A stretch of 64,000 nucleotides of DNA from Patescibacteria group bacterium (lineage in GTDB: Bacteria > Patescibacteriota > Microgenomatia > UBA12405), in NCBI GenBank assembly GCA_050943115.1, contig JBMNON010000006.1:963-64962 (forward strand), given 5' to 3'. Shown piece after piece: positions 50,152 through 59,292 of the stretch; the stretch's first letter is position 1; every line of letters begins with the position of its first letter. Below the pieces are notes generated by a model that worked only from the letters and a program-made list of their open reading frames with translations, searched no databases and was not told where the DNA came from. Both the position numbers and the translations under genes were made by a program.

Positions 50152-52350
50152 TTACCGGGCAATATATATTTTTAGAGTTTTTTCGGCAATTATATTGTCC
50201 TGGTTGTCTTTAGCTACAAATTTTAGATTGTAAGGACCATTTCCCTGCCAATCCCAGGAGGAGACGTCGACCAAAATTTCTTTATGAGGATGATCTTGGT
50301 TATTGTCGGGCATTTCATTTAATTGACCATCATCCACCTGCCAATACATTTTGTAGTCTGATAGATTGTAGCCCTTTAGGAGAGCCTTGAAAGGCTGGGT
50401 GCCGCCAATGGTGACGCCGTCAGAAGGCCACCAAACTTCAATCTCGTTTTCAGTTGGCGCAGCAGTTTGGGTCGGAGTAGGAGTGACTGGATTTTGGGTA
50501 GGAGTGGCGGCGGGTGTCGAGGGTGTTTGAGTGGGTGTGGCGCTCGGGCCTGATGTCGGATTCGGAGTGGCCGTTGCCGGAGGAGTGGTAGGTGTCGGAG
50601 TGAGGGTTGAGGATTGGTCGACAGTAACATTATCAACGTTATCGAACCAGATAATTAAAGAGGACCAATAATTTTCAAAGACACCGACTTTTAAACGATA
50701 TTCTCCGGTCTGGGTTGGTGCCCACATGGATTTGAAGTTTGTTACTTGTCCTTGGGTTAGGTTCTGATTATCAAAAACTTTTTGATAAACTTTATTTCCA
50801 GAAGAATTGTAAAGCTCAATGTCAACGATTACGTTACTAAGGTTGCGGTCAGGAGTAATATCTGTACTAATTTCCACCGGCTGATTTACTAGTGGAGTTG
50901 AGGGAGTGAAAGAAGATACGGCTTTAAAATTAGACGGCATATCCGGTGTTGAACTGTCAGACTGAAGAACTCTGAAGTTTAGCAGATCATCCTGCCAATG
51001 ATATAAAGACGACCAGCCGGAGGCGAATATGCCCAATTTCAACTGGTAATCTCCAGGGTTAGAAGGATTCCAGTCAACATTAAATGTCGAAACTTGGGCT
51101 GAATTTAGATCTTTATTTTCGAGGTAGCGTTGAAAGACTTTATTGCCGGAGGAGTCATATATTTCAATATCGACAATGACACTACTTATGTTATTTTGAG
51201 GTTTAACATTGACAGTAACCGTAACATTTTGACCGCTATGAGGAGAGGCGGGCTCGAGGCTGACTGAAGTTTCAAAATCCTGGGGAGATTGGGGGTCGCC
51301 AGGATTGGAAGAAGAACCGCTACCAAACCATTGAGCCATAACTTCTTGGGCAGGTTTATTCTGGGGAGTATAGCTACTGGAGCCGGTACCGCCGGCATTG
51401 GGATTGGCTTCCCACTCCCACCAGTGAATCCCCTGCATAAACGAATGTTCATTCCAAAAGGAGAAAAGGGCTTCATAGTCCCGTGATTGTTCTTCCATGT
51501 CAACAGCGTCGTTACGCCACCAGGCGGCAGGTTCTTTGTGGGCACCGTTAACACTTCTGTACCCAATTTCAGTAAAAAGAACCGGTCTCCCCCACCGAGA
51601 TGATAAAGGGGCAATTATTTCGCTATTCCAATTACTCCAAGATTCTTTAAGTTGATCGACGGTGGGCTCGTCTATACCGGTAGCCAGGGGAAAATAGGCA
51701 GCATAACCGATATAATCCAACTGATCCCAAAATTGAATTTCACTTCCCTCCCGGGGAGTAGTGTGTTGGGCACTATAAGTTAAGGTTCCGGAAAAACGAG
51801 ACCGGACTTGAGAGATTAAATCAATCCAAAGCTGAGTATTGCGGGGATCATGATTATGGCTGGTAAGGTTATAAGTTTCAGAACCCAGACAAATTTGAGC
51901 AACCCCTGTTTCTGAAGCAATATCAGCATAGTAATTGAGAATACTGCCATAAGTCTGAAACCAAGTATCTTTATCAGATGGTTCTATATAACGGCGCCAT
52001 TCGCCATTCGAAATCTCGGGATGAACCTTGAGCATAACGCTTAGCCCAATTGATTTGGCGTAGTTTATCCCGCTTCGCAAAGACTCGTCAGTGGGCGTAT
52101 TCCAGCCTCGATATAGATTATTAGAATTGCGGCTGTCCTGATAATAGGGAATGATTAAGGTAACAAAGTTAGCATTGGCGGATTTGAGATTGTTCAGAGA
52201 CTGCCGGAAGGAGTCGGATGAATAGATGGTGGTCGAATTGGGCATAATAGTAGCACCTTTTTGCCAGGAAGAAACCTGAGCATTCACTTTTGTAGTAGAA
52301 AATAAGAAGAACAATAGAAGCAGGATTTTTGCCAGGACTTTTTTCAGCAT
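50152..52350 (-). CDS. Secreted GH113-like TIM-barrel glycoside hydrolase with two Ig-like modules, a Pro/Thr linker and a C-terminal domain
   Basis: GL.VMLK.H, WR..I.P, LGSE, FWD.LDYIG..AYFPL, FTEIGYRS, PQNKPA. Confidence 0.82.
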   Translation of the reverse strand: MLKKVLAKILLLLFFLFSTTKVNAQVSSWQKGATIMPNSTTIYSSDSFRQSLNNLKSANANFVTLIIPYYQDSRNSNNLYRGWNTPTDESLRSGINYAKSIGLSVMLKVHPEISNGEWRRYIEPSDKDTWFQTYGSILNYYADIASETGVAQICLGSETYNLTSHNHDPRNTQLWIDLISQVRSRFSGTLTYSAQHTTPREGSEIQFWDQLDYIGYAAYFPLATGIDEPTVDQLKESWSNWNSEIIAPLSSRWGRPVLFTEIGYRSVNGAHKEPAAWWRNDAVDMEEQSRDYEALFSFWNEHSFMQGIHWWEWEANPNAGGTGSSSYTPQNKPAQEVMAQWFGSGSSSNPGDPQSPQDFETSVSLEPASPHSGQNVTVTVNVKPQNNISSVIVDIEIYDSSGNKVFQRYLENKDLNSAQVSTFNVDWNPSNPGDYQLKLGIFASGWSSLYHWQDDLLNFRVLQSDSSTPDMPSNFKAVSSFTPSTPLVNQPVEISTDITPDRNLSNVIVDIELYNSSGNKVYQKVFDNQNLTQGQVTNFKSMWAPTQTGEYRLKVGVFENYWSSLIIWFDNVDNVTVDQSSTLTPTPTTPPATATPNPTSGPSATPTQTPSTPAATPTQNPVTPTPTQTAAPTENEIEVWWPSDGVTIGGTQPFKALLKGYNLSDYKMYWQVDDGQLNEMPDNNQDHPHKEILVDVSSWDWQGNGPYNLKFVAKDNQDNIIAEKTLKIYIAR

Positions 52351-52412
52351 AAGGACAGAATAGGCAAAAAGATTTAGAACAATCTTATAGCCAAGTAATA
52401 AAAAGGTAAGAT

Positions 52413-53078
52413 TTATATCCGTCCGGAAGAAAGGCGGTTTTCAAAGTCAAAAAGCATATCAGAAAAATTTGCGACAGAAACAACGTTTTCAGGGAGAGAG
52501 AGTCCGTTGCGCCTTAACAGCAATGGAGAGTTCGATGGGTTTCGGAGAAGATAACAGAGAGTATGACCCTCTAGACGGGCAATACGAAGCACAGGCCGCA
52601 GATCATCATCGACATGAATGGTGGTGCGGTAGCCTTCATTTTTTAGATTACGAACCTGCCACTCTTTCCAGGCTGAAGCACTTACGCTTTTGTTAAGACG
52701 GCTCTCGGGTATTTTTGCTTTTAGTCCAGTTTGACACAACCGCCTTTCAGTAAGAGAATGAAGAAGAGGTTCGCGGCCTGACAAGACGAAATGGTCAAGT
52801 TGCCGGTGGTAGTGTGAACCTATTAAGTTTAGTAAATCAATTGTTTGGAGAGAATCGGGATGAAGAGGGCGGCAGCTGTGAAGCGCATTTTTTATCTTAT
52901 TTTCCAAGCGTGTCAGGAGACTATCTTGGGCAACAAAAGGTTCCGGTTCAACTTCCTGGAGGGGAAGTTTTAAATCCCGACGGATGAGTGAGAGGGTTGT
53001 TTTAACAGGAGGTGGGGCAAAAATAAAATGAACTCCGTCAAGATCGTGAGTAAAGGCAATATCTTTTTCCCTGGTCAT
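52413..53078 (-). CDS. HAD-superfamily-like protein
   Basis: DLDGV (motif I), SGR (II), WK (III), HVDDD (IV). Confidence 0.6.
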   Translation of the reverse strand: MTREKDIAFTHDLDGVHFIFAPPPVKTTLSLIRRDLKLPLQEVEPEPFVAQDSLLTRLENKIKNALHSCRPLHPDSLQTIDLLNLIGSHYHRQLDHFVLSGREPLLHSLTERRLCQTGLKAKIPESRLNKSVSASAWKEWQVRNLKNEGYRTTIHVDDDLRPVLRIARLEGHTLCYLLRNPSNSPLLLRRNGLSLPENVVSVANFSDMLFDFENRLSSGRI

Positions 53079-53203
53079 TTTCGAAATTATAGCAGTAGGA
53101 GGAATCAAACGTTTTTTCTTTTACAAACTTCTTTTTTGTTTATAACAATATTCTTAGAGTGTTGGGGTAGATTTTTACCGTTAGAGTTTAATTTGGAGAA
53201 AAC

Positions 53204-53632
53204 ATGGCATCGACGGGACTAGCTACTTTTGACAACACCATTCAAGAGACTAATGAGTTACTAAAAGAAATTGAGGTTTCGATGGGTTGGACTGACAGGA
53301 GAGAACAATCTTATTCAGCTTTACGAGTGGTACTTCAGGCACTAAGAGACAGACTGCCTTTAGTAGAAGCCGTAAATTTGGCCGCCCAACTACCTATGTT
53401 GATAAGAGGGCTATTTTATGAAGGCTGGAATGTAAGCGATGTACCTATAAAAATGGATAAGGAAGAATTTCTGGATAGAATAAGGGAAAATTTTGTTTAT
53501 TCGATAGATGTTAGTATTAGTGATATGGTCAAAATAGTGCTTTTGGTAGTGATGGAGAGTATCGATTTGGCTGAAGCAGAAAAAATAAAGGCCGTATTGC
53601 CGAAAGACGTAGCTGATCTTATAAAGGTTTGA
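53204..53632 (+). CDS. DUF2267 family protein
   Basis: FD.T...TN..L, Y.ALR.VL.ALRDRL, LAAQLPMLIRG.FYEGW. Confidence 0.9.
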   Translation: MASTGLATFDNTIQETNELLKEIEVSMGWTDRREQSYSALRVVLQALRDRLPLVEAVNLAAQLPMLIRGLFYEGWNVSDVPIKMDKEEFLDRIRENFVYSIDVSISDMVKIVLLVVMESIDLAEAEKIKAVLPKDVADLIKV

Positions 53633-54248
53633 TTAGGGCTGGATTGTCATTGTCCGGGGAGTTGACGGCTGCAGATACCGGGTGGAAATCGAGAGGGTAT
53701 TTGGGAGCATCAGTTAATATGGAATTTAAGACGGGATCATCGTCTGGCGCCCGCAACCACAGCGTTTCTTGACTTGGGGCCAGGATCAAGGGCATGCGAT
53801 TATGGATACTTTTTACGGTACTATTGGCGGCGGCAGTAATAATGGTGTAGGAATCATTTTCGTAAATACCAGCAAAAGAAAAATATTTAGATTCCCGGGA
53901 GTAAAAGTAGAAAGGAATTTTGCCATTAGAGCTATTTTGCCATTCATAGAAGCCACTGGCCGGCACAAGGCAGCGCCGATGACGAAAAGCTGAGGCGAAT
54001 GAAGGTTTGTGTGCAACCGATTCCACCCTGGCGTTAATTATTTGTCGAGAAAGAGATTTGTCCTTTGCCCAAGCGGGGATAAAACCCCACCGCATGGATT
54101 GAAGCGTGTTTTCGCCATTTGCAACTAAGATTATTGGAAGTAGTTGTGATGGAGAGATGTTGTAGTGGGATTCGAAGTTCACGGTGCCCGGTAGCGAAAA
54201 CCTTTGGTTAAAGGAGGAATGATACTCAAGGGTATAGCGACCACACAT
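53619..54248 (-). CDS. SRAP/YedK abasic-site crosslinking protein (SOS response-associated peptidase)
   Basis: True start MCGRY (catalytic Cys2), YNISP, RWG.IP.W, INAR.E, RCLVPASGFYEW, IH.RMP. Confidence 0.93.
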   Translation of the reverse strand: MCGRYTLEYHSSFNQRFSLPGTVNFESHYNISPSQLLPIILVANGENTLQSMRWGFIPAWAKDKSLSRQIINARVESVAHKPSFASAFRHRRCLVPASGFYEWQNSSNGKIPFYFYSRESKYFSFAGIYENDSYTIITAAANSTVKSIHNRMPLILAPSQETLWLRAPDDDPVLNSILTDAPKYPLDFHPVSAAVNSPDNDNPALIKPL

Positions 54249-54252
54249 AGTT

Positions 54253-55413
54253 CTATGATTCTTTGGGAGATGCAGAAAATAACGACAATAAAAAGCTTCC
54301 CAAGCCAAAAAGGAGTACGAAGAACCAAATAATTACTCCAAGAACGGGAATGAATAAAATAATATATAAAAGAATAAGACCGATAATAAAGGTCCAAAAC
54401 GAGGAGATGTTAAGATTAAGTTTCTGACTTAACCAGGTCCCAAACCAGACTGCGGGAAAGATTTTAGCAACAAATAAAGTTATCAAGAAAAGAGTAAATA
54501 AAATTAACGCCAAGGGAATAGTCAAGGCCAAAACAAACAACACAAACAATAGAACCGGGGCAAGCAGTAAGGTCAGGAAACCAACACCCAGAGACTTGAA
54601 GGGTTGTCGGGCAATTAAGTAAGATGACTTGTCTACGAGTCCGGGCAGATAACGAAGCAGAAGAAGGCCGATAATTAGGGAAGAAATAAAGTCAGCTAAA
54701 GATGCACCAAAAAAGATGTTACCAAGAACCCGAGGGGCTTCCCTTCTAATTCTGCCGTTATCCCCATCCAATTTGAAGCGAGATTCTCTTTGGATTGTTT
54801 CGCCACTTATTTGAGCATCTTCACTAATAGATACCCGGGCGTCCTGATTATAAGCCAAGTCCCGGTTTACGCGAGTATTAGAGGCCAGAGTTAAGTTGGA
54901 AACAAGGGCTTCAACACGACCGCCAATCTGGTTATCTACTAACAGACTTTCAGAAGCGACAATCAGGTCGCCCCCGATCGGAGCTAAAACATTAATGTTC
55001 CCGGCAGCAGCCAGGATTCCTCCGGAAACCGTAGCTTCCGGTGTAAGCTCGAGGTTTCCCGCAGCAACCGTCAGATTGTCACCAATATCCCCTGTTACAG
55101 TGACCTGACCCCCTATAATGACAAGATCGTCCCGGATAGTTCCGGACACAAGAACAGTTCCACCGACAGCAATAAGATCTCCGTTTATTGTGCCGCTAAC
55201 AATAACCTGTCCACCGGCAACATATACATCGGCAGTTATAGTTTCAGAGATTGTAACAGTATCGTTGGCGGTAATATAAAAGTTGTTGGTAAAAAGGTTG
55301 TTTTCGACAACAGGTGGTCCTTGGGGGAACTGTGTGGACGTTTGGGCAAAAGAGATAATCCGGCATGTAAAGAAAGTCAATAGAAGAACAGAAATAATTG
55401 TCAGTTTCTTCAT
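54253..55413 (-). CDS. Membrane protein with an extracellular bactofilin-like beta-helix and about 5 C-terminal TMs
   Basis: Signal peptide, then repeated V.V.G.I.GDL...GG units, then hydrophobic helices. Confidence 0.78.
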   Translation of the reverse strand: MKKLTIISVLLLTFFTCRIISFAQTSTQFPQGPPVVENNLFTNNFYITANDTVTISETITADVYVAGGQVIVSGTINGDLIAVGGTVLVSGTIRDDLVIIGGQVTVTGDIGDNLTVAAGNLELTPEATVSGGILAAAGNINVLAPIGGDLIVASESLLVDNQIGGRVEALVSNLTLASNTRVNRDLAYNQDARVSISEDAQISGETIQRESRFKLDGDNGRIRREAPRVLGNIFFGASLADFISSLIIGLLLLRYLPGLVDKSSYLIARQPFKSLGVGFLTLLLAPVLLFVLFVLALTIPLALILFTLFLITLFVAKIFPAVWFGTWLSQKLNLNISSFWTFIIGLILLYIILFIPVLGVIIWFFVLLFGLGSFLLSLFSASPKES

Positions 55414-55509
55414 AGTAGTTATTGTAAGGTATAAAAGTAAGAACTTGATGAAAGACAGGTAAATATTTCTTCTTACTTTATTATTACCCTAATTTTAATC
55501 AGATTTGAA

Positions 55510-55989
55510 TTGTCGTCTGATAAATTGAATAAGGTGAAAATAGACAAGTATAGATTCGTAGTTCAAAAGCATAATTCTTCCCGAAAACATTTTGACCTAA
55601 GATTAGAATTTAAGGGTATGTTGAAAAGTTGGGCCGTACCCCAAGGAATTGCATTAAATATAAACGAAAAAAGGCTGGCTATTGAAACAAAAGACCATCC
55701 CATGGAATTTCTAGATTATGAAGATAATTCAAACGGCCATAACGGCGAAAATAAAAAAATGGAAATTTGGGATAAGGGAACCTACGCGCCAATTAAGATA
55801 AAACCAAGTGAATCAAATGAAGAGGTGCTGGAAAGCGGTTTTAAGAGGGGTAAAGTTAGCTTGTCTTTAGAAGGGGAAAAACTGAACGGAGAATATGCAT
55901 TGGTAAAAACCAGTTTTAAAAGCAACGACCACTGGCTTATTATTAAAAAACAAAAAAAGACGAAAAGAAGTAGTAAAATTAATATATGA
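55510..55989 (+). CDS. Stand-alone LigD 3'-phosphoesterase domain
   Basis: FVVQKH...HFDLRLE..G.LKSWAVP.G, RLAI...DHP, IWDKGTY, L.GEKL.G. Confidence 0.88.
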   Translation: MSSDKLNKVKIDKYRFVVQKHNSSRKHFDLRLEFKGMLKSWAVPQGIALNINEKRLAIETKDHPMEFLDYEDNSNGHNGENKKMEIWDKGTYAPIKIKPSESNEEVLESGFKRGKVSLSLEGEKLNGEYALVKTSFKSNDHWLIIKKQKKTKRSSKINI

Positions 55990-56171
55990 AAAAATTAACC
56001 AGACCTAAAGAAGGAAGAATTGTGGCCGGAGTCGCTGCTGGAGTAGCAAAATATTTTGAGATTGATGTAACACTGGTTAGACTAATTTGGGCTTTACTTT
56101 TCATTCCGGGCGGTTTTCCAGGTTTAGTTCCCTATCTGATTGGATGGCTAATTATTCCCTCCGAAAGATAG
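55986..56171 (+). CDS. pspC: PspC domain protein
   Basis: KKL.R...GR.VAGV.AG.A.YF.ID.TLVRL...YLI.WLIIP. Confidence 0.9.
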   Translation: MKKLTRPKEGRIVAGVAAGVAKYFEIDVTLVRLIWALLFIPGGFPGLVPYLIGWLIIPSER

Positions 56172-56236
56172 AAGTTATTATCTTTTTATTAAAAGATTCT
56201 TAAACACTTCTTACAGTAGATAAGGATAATTGGGGT

Positions 56237-56707
56237 ATGAAAATAAGCAGCCCTAAGTTTGGGGACGGAGAAGAAGTTCCTATTGAATATACTTGTGAGG
56301 GGGGAAATATCAGTCCACCGCTTGAGTTTAGCGACATACCAAAAGAGTCAAAAAGTTTATCCTTAATAGTTACCGATCCCGATGCACCAGCAAATCCATG
56401 GGTGCATTGGGTGGTGTTTAACATACCGGCAGACACAAAGTATTCAGAAGAAGGAGAACTTCCAAAAGGAGGAGTAGAAGGAATAGCTAATGGCGGAACA
56501 TACGGTTACGAAGGCCCTTGTCCGCCCGAAGGCTCACACAGATACGTGTTTAAACTATATGCCCTTAATAAAATGCTTGATATACCAAAAGACTCTGACA
56601 GGAATAAGGTTTTGGCAGCTATGGAAGGGAATATCGTCGGTGAAGCTGAGTTGATTGGTTTTTACCGATTAAAAGACCCGGAGAAAATATATGGCAGAGG
56701 AAAGTAG
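56237..56707 (+). CDS. YbhB/YbcL (PEBP/RKIP-like) protein
   Basis: SPPL, DPDAP..WVHW, GY.GPCPP.GSHRY.F..YAL. Confidence 0.93.
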   Translation: MKISSPKFGDGEEVPIEYTCEGGNISPPLEFSDIPKESKSLSLIVTDPDAPANPWVHWVVFNIPADTKYSEEGELPKGGVEGIANGGTYGYEGPCPPEGSHRYVFKLYALNKMLDIPKDSDRNKVLAAMEGNIVGEAELIGFYRLKDPEKIYGRGK

Positions 56708-56778
56708 GATGACACAAGACCAAGAAGTGATTGAAGCACGGGTGGGGAAAAGCCGATTTTTTATGTTTGTAAGGGAAA

Positions 56779-57876
56779 ATGGATTGGGAAAGGATAACTA
56801 ATGTAAAAAAAATAGCCGTGCTAAGAGCCAATGCCATAGGTGATTTTATCTTTGTGTTGCCGGCCATAAGAGCCCTTCGAGAGACGTATCCGGAAGCTGA
56901 AATTGTGTACTTGGGAAAACCCTGGCATAAATCATTTCTAAAAAGCAGACCAAGCGATATTGACAGAGTTATCGTAGTTCCAGTTTCACATGGGGTTAGA
57001 GAGGAGATAGGAATAATAGAGAAGAAAGAAGAACAGGAAGATTTTTTTAAAGAAATTAGAAAAGAAAATTTTGACCTTGGTGTACAACTTCATGGGGGCG
57101 GCAAGAATTCAAATCCATTTTTATTAGGCATAGGCGCTAAATTTAACATAGGAACAAAAACTCCTGATGCCGTTGAGTTAGACAGGTGGGTGCCATATAT
57201 CTATTATCAGAGTGAAATATTGAGATACCTTGAAGTAGCGGCGTTGGTGGGTGCAAGAACAGCAGAAATAGAGCCAAAGCTGATGGCAACAAAGGAAGAC
57301 AGGGATGAAGCAATAAAAGCCATCGAAGGAGTTAAAGATACTTTAGTTGTGATGCACCCCGGCGCTTCCGATATAAGAAGACAGTGGCCGGCGAATAACT
57401 TTGCCAAGATAGGAGACGAACTGGCCGAAAAGGGAGCAACCATAGTTCTGACTGGTGTTGATTCAGAAAAAGATACTACGGATACGATAATGAGGATGAT
57501 GAGACAAAAAGCATTTAATTTGAACGGTAAATTAAGCTTGGGAGGAATGCTGGGATTGCTTTCTTTAAGTGATTTGGTGATTTCAAACGACACTGGACCG
57601 CTACATCTGGCTGAAGCGGTAGGAGCCAAGACGGTGGGGATATATTGGTGCGGCAATCTGATTAATGCAGGACCCATGACAAGAACAAAACACCGACCCT
57701 TGCTTTCATGGACAATAAACTGCCCTATTTGCGGTTACGATGTAGCAAAACTCGGATTTCCTTTCTACACAAAACCTTTGGACTGCAAGCATGCAACATC
57801 ATTTGTAATTGACATATCAGTCGACGAAGTCAAACAAAACGCAATGGAGCTCTTGAACCAGAAGGCGGCGAAATAA
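56779..57876 (+). CDS. Glycosyltransferase family 9 (heptosyltransferase-like)
   Basis: AIGD, HPGAS...R.WP, SNDTGPLHLA.A.G. Confidence 0.9.
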   Translation: MDWERITNVKKIAVLRANAIGDFIFVLPAIRALRETYPEAEIVYLGKPWHKSFLKSRPSDIDRVIVVPVSHGVREEIGIIEKKEEQEDFFKEIRKENFDLGVQLHGGGKNSNPFLLGIGAKFNIGTKTPDAVELDRWVPYIYYQSEILRYLEVAALVGARTAEIEPKLMATKEDRDEAIKAIEGVKDTLVVMHPGASDIRRQWPANNFAKIGDELAEKGATIVLTGVDSEKDTTDTIMRMMRQKAFNLNGKLSLGGMLGLLSLSDLVISNDTGPLHLAEAVGAKTVGIYWCGNLINAGPMTRTKHRPLLSWTINCPICGYDVAKLGFPFYTKPLDCKHATSFVIDISVDEVKQNAMELLNQKAAK

Positions 57877-58149
57877 AAAATTTTTTGAGGGTTTTATTGA
57901 TATATTTTTTCTTACAGGCCTTTTACTTCTTACGAAAATATTAATTCTTCAGTAAGTTAGGTTACCCTTGATAAAGTCATAATTGATTGCCTTACCTTGC
58001 GTATTTACTAGAATTACTTGAAGAATTGATAAAAGGGTTGAGGTAATAAATAATCTTTTTCTTGCCCAGTGAGCTAATACAATAGCAGAATTTTTCAAAA
58101 GACGTACGTGTAATAATGCCCTATATTTATGGATTCTTTAAAATGTTTT

Positions 58150-58187
58150 CTTCCCCTATTCTTACCGTCTTATTACTATGATCTCAC
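58150..58187 (+). promoter_or_regulatory. Four CTTAC-like half-sites at 11-bp spacing upstream of the heptose operon
   Basis: CTTCC 58150, CTTAC 58161, ATTAC 58172, CTCAC 58183. Confidence 0.6.
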
Positions 58188-58242
58188 TGCTTGAGAATAA
58201 GATACAAGAAACATATTAAGTTCAATATTATTTTGATATAGG

Positions 58243-59292
58243 ATGAGAAGTAGCAAGATTTATCAGGTGTTGGGGAATAAAGTAAAAAAAATAGCAATTT
58301 TCAGAGCATTAATGCTGGGAGATTTAATGTGCGCCATCCCCTCAATCAGAACAGTAAGGTATAGCTTTCCTGATGCAGGGATATTTTTAATAGGATTACC
58401 TTGGTCTAGAAACTTTACAGAAAGATTCAACCACTATTTTGACGGATTTGTCGAGTTTCCGGGCTATCCAGGACTTCCCGAGAGAAAAACCGAAACAAAA
58501 AAAGTAGTCAATTTTCTCAAACAAGTTCAGAGAGAAAAGTTTGATTTGGCTTTACAAATGCAGGGCGATGGTTCAATCGTCAATCCATTAGTTGATTTGT
58601 TTGGGGCAAAAGTAGTAGCCGGATATCGACTGAAAGGGACATACAAGGACGGAGACGATATGTTTCTGGAATATCCTGCCAAGCTGCATGAGATTAAGCG
58701 ACATTTGGCCTTGATGGAGTATTTGGGACTTGAGAGTCGGGGTGTAGATTTGGAGTTTCCCGTAGAAAATTGTGAACAAGAGGGAGCCGACAGACTACTT
58801 GGCAGCTTTGGAGTCGAAAATAGAAAATTTGTGGTAATCCACGGAGGGGCAAGAGATGAGAGGCGAAGATGGAAGGTCGAGTATTTTGCCCGAATGGCTG
58901 ATTATATTAAGGATAACGGCTATGCCGTGGTAATTACAGGCAGCAAAGAAGAAAGAGAAGTTACCCAAAATATTAAAAGATTAGCGACAATCGAAGTTGT
59001 CGATCTTGGTGGAAAGACTAACTTGGGAATTTTTGCGGGCGTACTTAAAAGGGCCAGATTAGTGATTAGCAATGATACAGGAACTTCCCATTTGGTGGCT
59101 GCATTAAAAATTCCAAGCGTAATAATTTTTTCACCATATTCTGAATTAAAAAGATGGGCCCCTTTAAACAAAAAAATTCATAAGACGGTAAGTGCCAGTA
59201 AATCAAACAATTTTGAATACGTTTTGGAGCAAGTGGCAAAGTCCTTGAAAAAGAAACTGCCAAGAGAAGTTGAAAGTTATCAAAAGGCATGA
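58243..59292 (+). CDS. Glycosyltransferase family 9 (heptosyltransferase-like)
   Basis: LGD, HGGA....RRW, SNDTG.SHL.AA, RWAP. Confidence 0.9.
   Translation: MRSSKIYQVLGNKVKKIAIFRALMLGDLMCAIPSIRTVRYSFPDAGIFLIGLPWSRNFTERFNHYFDGFVEFPGYPGLPERKTETKKVVNFLKQVQREKFDLALQMQGDGSIVNPLVDLFGAKVVAGYRLKGTYKDGDDMFLEYPAKLHEIKRHLALMEYLGLESRGVDLEFPVENCEQEGADRLLGSFGVENRKFVVIHGGARDERRRWKVEYFARMADYIKDNGYAVVITGSKEEREVTQNIKRLATIEVVDLGGKTNLGIFAGVLKRARLVISNDTGTSHLVAALKIPSVIIFSPYSELKRWAPLNKKIHKTVSASKSNNFEYVLEQVAKSLKKKLPREVESYQKA

Noticed and set aside
57877-58242. AT-rich gap between the two GT9 genes
   Set aside because: I found no credible ORF or stable structure, only CTTAC-like boxes.
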